DNA of 64,000 nt. Source: Yuukianura sp. NJ FZ-2021 (Eukaryota). The notes below the pieces were generated by a model. That model saw nothing but the letters and a program-made list of their open reading frames with translations. It did not search any database and was not told where the DNA came from. Made by a program: the position numbers and the translations under genes. The stretch is taken from NCBI GenBank assembly GCA_046563655.1, contig CM102286.1, forward strand, positions 2,790,001 to 2,854,000, read 5' to 3'. Below are positions 11,980-21,400 of this stretch, one piece after another (within the stretch, counting starts at the first letter, position 1; each line of letters begins with the position of its first letter).

Positions 11980-13747
11980 GCGATTCTGGTTCTGAACATG
12001 ATTCTGAAGTCGTTTTTGGAGCTGACTTCCGGAAATTCTTCCGAACATATCTGAAAAGAAACAAATCGATCATTTGCTCTCCAAGATTTGGCGAAATCCA
12101 ATGCACTTCGGAACCAGAGTGGAAGTTTGATTTAGGTACTAATCTCAATTTTCAAAATTTTGAAGTTTGCGCCTGCGGAATTTTGAAATTCTGTTTTCTT
12201 TGGGTAGACGAAAGGGTGATCTTATTGGTTGATATGGACTGCTTTGCTGTTCAAGTGTACGGTGACCGCGATGATGTTGGACAACCAAGAGCTGTTTTCA
12301 ACGGCCCAGTGTAAGTGCTTTCAAAGGTTAAACCATTTCGAATTCAAATGGGCATTTTTTAATATTTTGTTTTGCTTTTTCACTCCAAAAGTTTTAGTTT
12401 TATGTTTTTTGTTTTTGTCAATTTTTTTTAGAATTGAGTCTGTCAGTTACGAAGCCAAGCAAGTCGGGGTCAAACGGCGCATGACACGAGAACTGGCACG
12501 GCGGACTTGTCCCAATCTAATTGAAATTGAAAATCCAAAGAGAAGAAATGGCCGTCCAGACAAAATCCCTGGAATGACTGCGACAGCAAACATCAAAAAG
12601 TCCATTTTGAAAATTCTGAATCAATATGGAGACTTGTCCACTTTTGAATTTGCCTCAAAAGACGAATTCTACATCGACTTGACTGAAGTCATCAACAAGC
12701 AGGAATACCGTGGAAGTAGAAGCAACCTTCGCGGTATGATTCCAGCCGGGAATGACTTTTGGTCATCCGTGTACATATACGGAAGTCGCACGGTTGGACA
12801 CTCCAGGAGACCGACATACTTGTTTCATCGACTTCCCTGTCTTCGTAGAAAGTCCGGAGCATATACGGAATTTGAACGTCAAGAGATTCGACTTCTTTAT
12901 GGAACTTGGATTGGCAGTCAAATTGTGAACAGCATTCTACAGGATACTGGCTATCAAGCGTCAATTGGAGTCGGGTCAAACAAGGTCACGGCCAAAATTG
13001 CCTCTGATACACACAAGCCTGGATCAATAACGGTTTTCCCGCCAGCAAGTTACGATTCAGTTGCGGAATTCATTGACTTTCAAAAAGTACCAGGATTTTC
13101 AGCTAACTTGGGTGACACTGTTCGAAATGAATTTGGAACCGAAACGATTCAAGATCTTCAGCACATAAAAGTCCATCGACTGGTGAATTTGAATTTGCGC
13201 GGGAATAATGGCAATAGAGAATATCTAGAAGACGTACTCCAAGGAGCTCATTTCATATGTGACGAAGATGTCGAGCCAATTGATGGATTCAAAACGGCAT
13301 CTTGCAACAGAAATTTCAAATACGGTCAGCAGTATATCAATATTTTAAAAATTCAAGTTTTGTCTTAAATCGAATTCGCATTTTTAAAATGTTTTTTTTT
13401 CATTTTCAGGTGAAGTATCTGAGCAGTATGTTTTTGAAGAAATGCTGCGGGAACAGTACGAGGAAATGCTGGAACGCCTTCGGTTTGAACACAGAGTTAA
13501 TGGACGTCTTCCATACTCAATCAAGTTGGCGGTAAAACTGAATCGACACAATGGTGGAACTTCAACAAAATCGTTCAGAATTTCGGGATCTCCGATATCC
13601 GCCAGACTCTTGACAATGAGATTTTTGAAAAATGCTTTCACAAGCGAGAACAATCGGGCAAAATATCGCGATTCAATTCTTCCTTGGGATGAAAACATAT
13701 TCTCAGGAGTGAGCAATATCGGCCTAGTTGCAAATTTTGGACAATAG
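11980..13747 (+). CDS. Divergent Y-family (Pol eta-like) polymerase, copy A; 5' end lost in gap
   Basis: Exons 11980-12135 (frame also open back to the gap), 12208-12310, 12432-13324, 13410-13747, phases consistent. Motifs: VILLVDMDCFAVQV (I), IESVSYEAKQVGVKRRM (II), EFASKDEFYIDLT (III), GYQASIGVGSNKVTAKIASDTHKP (IV), QKVPGFSANLG (HhH/thumb), little finger KTASCNRNF ... EEMLERL. Confidence 0.88.
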
Positions 13748-14634
13748 GAAATTCCTATTAGGAATCAAGACTGATTTAAACAAAGTAGCATAACTAATCG
13801 GCAGCTTAGGTTAGTTAATATAGAATATATAAAATTCGAATTATATAAAATTAGCTTTTTGTTGTTTACTAATGTTAAACAGTGGTTAACCCTTCAGTAG
13901 TGAAATTATTTATGACCAATGTTAAGTAGAAATTAGTTTAACTTATCATATTAATATATTACGATCGTATTAATTTAATACACAAAATATACAACTTATT
14001 TTGGTACGTTGATGTAAAAGAAACTTTTACATATTAAAGTTCAACAATAGACTTATGCAGATCTTCTGGGAAAAAATTCCATAAAACTTTAATTTTTAGT
14101 TGAATTAAAACAGTTCCAAAAATTCGGAAATCCTATAAGTAATGTTGCTTTCTGAATTCAGTGAACCCAAATCTAATTTTTTGAAAGTGTATTAAGCTTT
14201 TTATGCATTCAAGGCTTCAGTTCGTTTATAATTTTTTCTTTCATTTGATTCTTTACCAGAAACATTTCTGGACTAGCACTGGAGAAGTAACGAAAGATTT
14301 GAAGATCTTATCATTCAAACGTGTTTTGTGTTTTGTAAGAAAAAATGTATAATTCTTCAACAAGTTTTACAACTACAACGCTACTTTATGAAGGAATGGG
14401 CAAAAAGCCATAAAATTTGCTACGCCTCTGCCTTATGACCTCGATTAACAAGATTATTCCCCCCTCAAAAGCTTATGTTTAGTATGTTACGCATGTTATG
14501 CTGCATATATTGTAGCTAAGAAACTAAAAACACAGATTGTGGTTCCTCAAGGTTAGTCAAAAAACGTTTTTGGTTGATACACATCATACACGTCAGAGCT
14601 TTTGAACTAATAGTAAACCGCACCACAAAATCTC

Positions 14635-14640
14635 TATAAA
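14635..14640 (+). promoter_or_regulatory. Possible TATA box of Y-family copy B
   Basis: ctATAAA ~130 nt upstream of the ATG at 14769. Weak evidence in AT-rich DNA. Confidence 0.3.
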
Positions 14641-14768
14641 CGTCAAAGTGGTTCTGGATTTTAGCATGAGACTTTCACACAACAAGCTGCAGTCTTTAGT
14701 TTGACTACAGTCTTGGTAGTGTCTGCAGATTAACAAGTTAAAATCGCTGATTTTTAGAAAGTTGTAAT

Positions 14769-16989
14769 ATGGCTACTGAAGATTTGTTCGGAGAAGTAAT
14801 AGTGAACGGATTTCGTGGAAGTGCGAAATTTCAAATGTTTCAACGATTTTCTACTATTACTCCACGTTTAGCTCAAGGATTGGAGACTTTCATGGTTTCT
14901 ATTGCAAATGGAAGAAGTATGGGCCCTGCTGTTAGAGTCCCCTTGATTTTAGGTTCCAATTTATCCAAAATCAATTGGACGCTATACCTCTGCAATGATT
15001 GCGGTAAGTTTTCATTTATGTTTTGTAAGACTTAGGGTGAAATTCTATTCTCATTTTTACCGTAAAACTTCTAATAGACGCCTTAACGCCCAAGCATTTA
15101 TTCAACATCTCATCTTCTACCCCTGACATGTACGAGTCCAGCGTTTATTTTTAGATTCATGGTTCAACCCCTGGAGCTTTTTACCGACTAGAGTTTGTTA
15201 GAAGTTTTACGGTAAATACAATTAACTAAAATTTAACAATTTTGTTTTTGTTACAGACACTTCTGAAGTTGTTTTTGGAAACGACTTCCGGAGATATTTT
15301 CAGACAAACTTTGCAGAGCCGATTCCAACCATTGTGTCTCCAATATTTGGTGAAATTCGGTGCACTTATGCACCAATATTGAAATTCGCATTAGGTATTT
15401 AGTAATTAATACAAGCTACTATAACAGTAATTAAATTAAGGCTTAACAATTTGAGTTTTACACATGCGTCTAAACGTTGAAATTTTGAACAGATGACAGT
15501 GTAATTTTACTAGTGGATATGGACTGCTTTGCTGTGCAAGTTTACGGGAGTCCAAATGATGCTGGAAAGCCAAGGGTGGTATTCAGTGGACCAGTGTAAG
15601 TGCTACATAGCAATTTTTTCTAAACTTCAATTTTCTTGCTTTCGTTATTTTAAAACTTGTGGGATTTCCCGCCTTTTGTAGAATTGAATCGCTCAGTTAC
15701 GAAGCGAAGGAGAGAAACGTCAAGCGATGTATGACAGAGGAGCAAGCGTTAAAGGAATGTCCTGAACTTGTTATAATTGAAAATCCTGAGAGAAAAAACG
15801 GCTGTCCAGATAGGATTCCTGGGATGAAGGCGACCGCGAAAATCAAAAAAGCCATTTTGGAAGTTTCGAATCAATACCGTTCGGCAATTTTCGAATTTTC
15901 GTCGAAAGACGAATTTTACATTGACGTTACGCAAGCTGCTGACGACCAGGAAAATAGTACAAGAAATAACCTTCATCTCATGATTCCAGACGGGACCCAT
16001 TTTTGGCCATCGGTCTACTTGTACGGAAGTGGCACCACGGGCAAATCTATGCAACCGACATATTTGTTACGACGGCTACAGTTTCTTAACAGGAAACGTT
16101 CTTCGTACTATTCCGACTTTGAAAGACAAGAAATTCGATTGCTGTTTGGAACTTGGATTGCGAGTCGAATTGTGGAAAATATTTTAAACAAAACTGGATA
16201 CCAAGCTTCGATTGGAGTGGGGTCCAATAAGGTCGCCGCCAAAATTGCTACCGGGGTACACAAGCCGGGATCCATCACTGTTTTCCCGCCTTCCAGTTAC
16301 GATCAAGTTTCAAAATTTATTGAGTTTGAAGACGTGCCTGGATTTGCATCCAATTTGGGTGACAGCGTTCGCGAAAACTTTGGAATCACGACGATTGACG
16401 ATCTTCAGCGCATTACAGTTGGAAGAATCTTGAACACGAGCTGGAACAACTGGACTGAAAAAGATTTAAACAAAAGACTCAGAGGATGCCACTTCATTTG
16501 TGATGAAGTGGTAAAACCAATTAGCTGTGCAAAAAGTACAACCTGTACAAGAAGATTTTGGAATGGTAAGTGTCAATTCAGTAATTGAATTTTCGTATTC
16601 ATAGTTAGAATGACTTCTTTTATTAAGAAAAATTTTTTGCTTCAGTTGACGTGTCTCAGCATTACCAACTTGAGAAAATGCTGGACGAGCAGTACGAGGA
16701 AATGCTGGAACGACTCTGGTTTGAACTGCGACATAATAAACGTCGTCCTGTTTCAATCAAACTTGAAGTAAACTTTTACAACCAAAATGGCGGAAGTTCA
16801 AACAAGTCACTCAAAATCAGTGGATCTCCACTACCTCGTCAAATGCTAAACGTTGTTGCTTTAAGAAATGCTTTCATAACAGAAAACAACAAACTAACGA
16901 ACAGCCGCAACGATTCAGTTCTTCGCTGGAATCAGCGTACATACGGAGGTGTCAACAGTATCACCATAACTTCAAATTTCGAAAAATAA
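14769..16989 (+). CDS. Divergent Y-family (Pol eta-like) polymerase, copy B, 5 exons, 567 aa, with ~125-aa N-terminal extension
   Basis: Exons 14769-15003, 15257-15394, 15493-15595, 15682-16565, 16646-16989, sum 1704 nt, all GT-AG, no stops. Motifs: VILLVDMDCFAVQV, IESLSYEAKERNVKRCM, EFSSKDEFYIDVT, GYQASIGVGSNKVAAKIATGVHKP, EDVPGFASNLG, KSTTCTRRF ... EEMLERL. The last three intron positions are shared with copy A. Confidence 0.9.
15056..15216. repeat. Inverted repeat (24-bp arms) in intron 1 of Y-family copy B; MITE-like or RNA hairpin
   Basis: Left arm tttaccgtaaaacttctaatagac (15056-15079) vs reverse complement of 15193-15216, tttaccgtaaaacttctaacaaac: 22/24 identical. Confidence 0.75.
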
Positions 16990-17293
16990 GCCCAAACTAT
17001 AAAAACCCATTACTTAACCTAACTTTTTCTCAAAAACGCTAAAAAGAATCGCAATATCTACAATATAGATCAATTCAGTTCAATTAGTTAAAATCGATAT
17101 TCGAGAGACAAAATTAGTGTTAAATTCTTAGGAAATATTTTGATATTGAAAAGTAGTTCACAGTGGTGAGTATGGAAATTATTTATGATGTTGCATTAGT
17201 TGAAGTTAAAATGCTGCAATCACATATAAATTATTATAAATTAATATTAACTGTTAGGTTATCTTTGACTTTAATTACAAAGTGAGTTGAAGA

Positions 17294-18466
17294 TTAAACA
17301 TTTCTTTCTTCATGTCCATCAGTATGGTCAGTTCCAGCGCAGGTTCCACAGTAAATGACATTGCATCCGTCACAACCATCTCCACTGCCACCGCCACCTT
17401 CACAACTCCCTCCACCAATTATCATCAGTATGAACAGCACAATCATAAACACTACTGTCACGATCAAGAAGATAGACAGAGCAGCAGCAACATAATTTTC
17501 TGGACGAAATTGACAGCATTCTCCGGACATAATCGCTTGCGTGTAAATGGCAAGGCAGGTCGATAGTCCTAAACTTGCTAAACCACAAACGACGATCATT
17601 CCGGGTTCCTCCGGTGGAAATGCATAGAGCAGCAGAAGCGATATCAGCGCCACTGTGGTCAGCACTATCAGCAAGTGGCCGTACCATTTGAGATCAAATT
17701 TGGACTGGACGCTTGAGTACAGGAGCACCACGGCGCATGGGCAGAGTAGAATTCCAAAAGCGTAGACGACATGGTTCTGTCTATTGATAAACAAAACAAG
17801 TTTTAAGAAATGAATTTTGTGTAAAGGTCAAAGGTCATTGAACTTACTCTGACAAAGTAGCCAGAACTGCCACGCCAAATCCAAATGTTAGAGTGAACAA
17901 TCCCAGAAGGATTAAATTGGCAGGAAATATTTTCATAAGTGGTTTGTTGCAGAACAGGATGAGAAAAATTACAAACGAAAATACAAAAGCAACCGCCGAA
18001 AATACAGACCAGCCTTCTTGAATAACGCATCTTATCGAAGTGATGAAATTTGTTAGCACGATGAGAATTAGAGTTGTGAGTACTTGAGCCGTAAATATTC
18101 CGTAAATTTTTCTGCAACAAAACAATTTACCAAATTAATTTCTAGTATTTAAAATTATTCAAAAATTTTTGATTCCTCAAAAATGTAGAAACCCGAAAAA
18201 GTTAAAAGAGAAATTTCAAAATTTTGTCAACTCAATCTCTTCTTAACGCGTTAAATTTTTGCAAAATTTGTAAAACACGCTTACCTAAGGAATCCAAGGC
18301 GAATTGAGGCGTCACTAAAATTTGGTTGTGCAGGTAGTGATAAATGTGCTTGGACACTTGTTGCACTTTGACCTCTGTTGTAGATTGCACTAAAATCGTC
18401 ATTTTCATCTGGCAGGATTGAAGTTTTAAAAGTGCTGTTTGTATTGCCGTTCATTTTGGAGCTCAT
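17294..18466 (-). CDS. TMBIM/Lifeguard (Bax inhibitor-1 family) membrane protein, 3 exons, 310 aa
   Basis: Exons 18466-18285, 18111-17848, 17780-17294 (933 nt). Family motifs FSDASIRLGFLRKIYGIFTAQV, FPANLILLGLFTL, QSKFDL, TQAIM...PENYVAAAL; multiple hydrophobic helices. Confidence 0.88.
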
Positions 18467-21400
18467 TTGACTCAATAATTATCACTGTCGAGTCTTAATC
18501 ATTCAAAAGCGAATAAACCTCTGCATTGCACAAAATAAACAAACAGGATTTGAAACCACAAGACCAAAACAGAATACCGAATACCCTGTTGAGTCATGAC
18601 GCAAATTCCACGAAAGTTTTCTACTAGGATAACAGTATTTAACGGTAAAACATTATAGAAGCTGGAACCTATATTGGCGTATAGTGTATGTTATTGTGGC
18701 CTTGGAAAACAAGTTCTGCTTTTTCTTTCAAATCGACATGCTATTGGTAATGACTTTCAGAAAAGTTTCATGTTCGTGTTTAGCAAAAATCAAATCGTAA
18801 CTAACTGTCAATTGAAACAAGGAATTCTTAGAAATGGCTTTGCCATGGCAATTTTTTTTTCTAATTATTGGAAAAATGAATTCTGAGAAGTTTTTTTTTT
18901 GACGTTTCAGCATTTGACCTAAAGGTCAAAATTTATTTGTGGTAAACATTTGAAGGTCAATTGGTTTGGAAGCGTTAAGGTCATGGAGCCAGACTACTTG
19001 GGGCTCTGAAGTAGTCTGGATCCTAACCATGTTAAAACGGAAAATCACATCAAGATAGCATTTTTCAAAACTGAGAGTTGCACAAGAGTCATTCCGAAAT
19101 ACAATATGTTTCTAATCGTACTGATCCTAATAATATAATATATTTATAAGTTTGTATAATTATATTATATCAATATTACTCAAATTTATCTCAGGTTGGC
19201 TTTAAAATTGCATTATAATTTCATAATTCATGCACCCCTCTTCAGTTCCATGACTTTGATGAAGAACAACTTCTAAAGATAGCATTTGGACTAAATCTAT
19301 GTTTGACTGCTTTTCAACATTTGAGTAACTTTCTAAGTACTAAGTATTTGAAAAGAGTATTAATAAGTTAAAACAAGGTGGATGTAAACTTCTAAACTTT
19401 AGATTTTTGAACATTTCTCTAGCTTAAACTTTTAACCAACAAAATTTATCACACGATTCGGAGATGATTATTTTTGGTTCTGGTTTTTGAACAATTCAAT
19501 TGTTCTTAAATGTTATAATTTTCTACTCCAAATTTAAATTCTGTTTTTATGCACCCTGTTTTCCCTGATTTACTAACACCGATTTAAATTCAATTTAAGT
19601 ATCACAAATAATAAAATGGCCATTAAAATTATCGCATCATTACTTTTTGGGTTTGAATTTGTTAATTTTATAATATTAATATTACGATAATTTTTATAAT
19701 CTTATAATAAATTAGAAGATGATACATATACAACAGTTTTAGAATCTTCCAAACATATACCTTTCCCAGACGAATCACATACTCAACTTTCTCCTCAATT
19801 CAAAATTTGGCAATTTTTGAAAAACATATTTTTCCCTCTAGAATGGTACTCACTTTACGAAAATTAAAAACTTGCACCTTGGTTTCCGTTTGGTGATATT
19901 TCTTCAACAGGCTGAAGCAAATTTTTTCAAATCCGAAGATATGAAAATTTATGATTTTACAACCTTGATGAGATACAAGTCTGGAGTTGCACATTTTGCT
20001 CCAAATTTCAAATTTTCAAAAATTTTGCTTATGATTGATTATATGATTAATGTAAAACTAGTAATGAACAATGGTACAAATCTTGTTCAAGTTGTAACAT
20101 TTCTAGTGAGAATTGCTTTTTTGAAATTTGGAAGTTACGCAAAAACGAAGCTCCTGATTAGGTTAGGTTATTTTTTCTTGTTAGCCGGTTCATTTTTTTT
20201 TGTCCGCTGGCTGTCATAGCTTGTCGGAAGTAGTAAATGAATCATCCAAAAGTTTGAGGGTGGACGTTGTAGGCGTCACTCTGCGTGCTTTTGTTGTAAG
20301 AACTTCAATTTAGCCTCCTCCCTGCAATTAGGTTCAGACAAAAAAGAACAATGAAATTATAGTTCCCCATGGACTGTACTCTAATAAGTGAGATTCAGTT
20401 TCAGTTTTTTGGGCGGGATTCGTTTTTTTAGAAGATCTAACAAAAAAAAAAGCTGGAGAAAGAAGCGGTTGAAAGGAAAGTGAAAGTCCAGAAGTCGGAT
20501 GCTTTCTCTCTCCATATCGCTTTTCCATGTTCCTCAGAAGCCACTTACGGAAGTGGACTTCATCTTTTTTTGAAGGAAGTTTGAAACATAGTACTAGACC
20601 AACGTAACATCCATCTCCATCATCTCTTCTTTTTCCCGCTCTTTTCAAATTAACATGCATCACACGAATGGGGTTAGCCCGCTCCGTGCCCGGAAGGTAA
20701 TGGATTAGATGCCAACGGGAGCGGATTTTGGTTTGAAAAAGGCGCCTAAGCCTTTGGTCCGGGCAACCGAATAATCGATCCATGCTGACTATGTTGTGCC
20801 TATTATGTTTTGCTGACTATGTTACGTTATGTTCTAGGTTTAGTATGATTCAGAAGGCGATGAACCACTAAAATGGAATCAACATCTCTTCCATGACTTT
20901 ATGCCACTTTCGGAAGCAATAAAAAAGAGACACAGTTGAGTTTATGAGTTTCATTTTACAAAATACAGACTTTCCAAGTTCCCGCGCTTTTGAAATTGCC
21001 TCAGCTGCGGCTCGTATTAACTTTGTTGGAAATGAAATGTAGTGTGACGGTTTTTACACCTTTAGAGAACAAATGTAATGTAAGTGACTAAAGTTTTCAT
21101 TGTACAAGCTACTTTGAAAAGAAATCGAGCGGCTTCTGCCAGGGCGTGTTTTGTAGTCGCTTTCACAGTGGAAACTAATCATGCTAAACTTTCGAATTAG
21201 GTTAATTAGAGACAGAAAATTTGACAAGTTTCATCAAAAACAGAAGTTTTCTGCCGACCCCTATGGAGAAGTAAAACGCGTTTGACAGCTTCCAAACAAA
21301 AATTGCCAGAATTAATCACATCAAAAACGCGTTTTTTCTATAAAAAGCCCTACGGAAGCGAATTTTATATGTTTTAATGCTGGTGTACATGATTAAAGAA

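Noticed and set aside
12229..13368. 379-aa ORF taken as a single-exon protein
   Set aside because: Its first ~68 aa are the wrong frame of the motif I exon plus intron; the true exon starts at 12432. The same applies to the starts and ends of most listed GMC and GPCR ORFs.
11980..16989. Bacterial DinB/UmuC by horizontal transfer, or plain canonical POLH
   Set aside because: Spliceosomal introns and Pol eta-like features (palm insertion, SYEA..GV.R.M, EE..ERL) argue for a Pol eta derivative. Loss of the gate residue and tail argues against assigning the POLH symbol.
18989..19019. 11-bp hairpin ccagactactt/aagtagtctgg as terminator or Helitron end
   Set aside because: Eukaryotic context, no clear CTRR end, no second copy noticed.
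20334..20783. 149-aa minus-strand ORF
   Set aside because: No domain similarity or convincing splice structure; likely chance.
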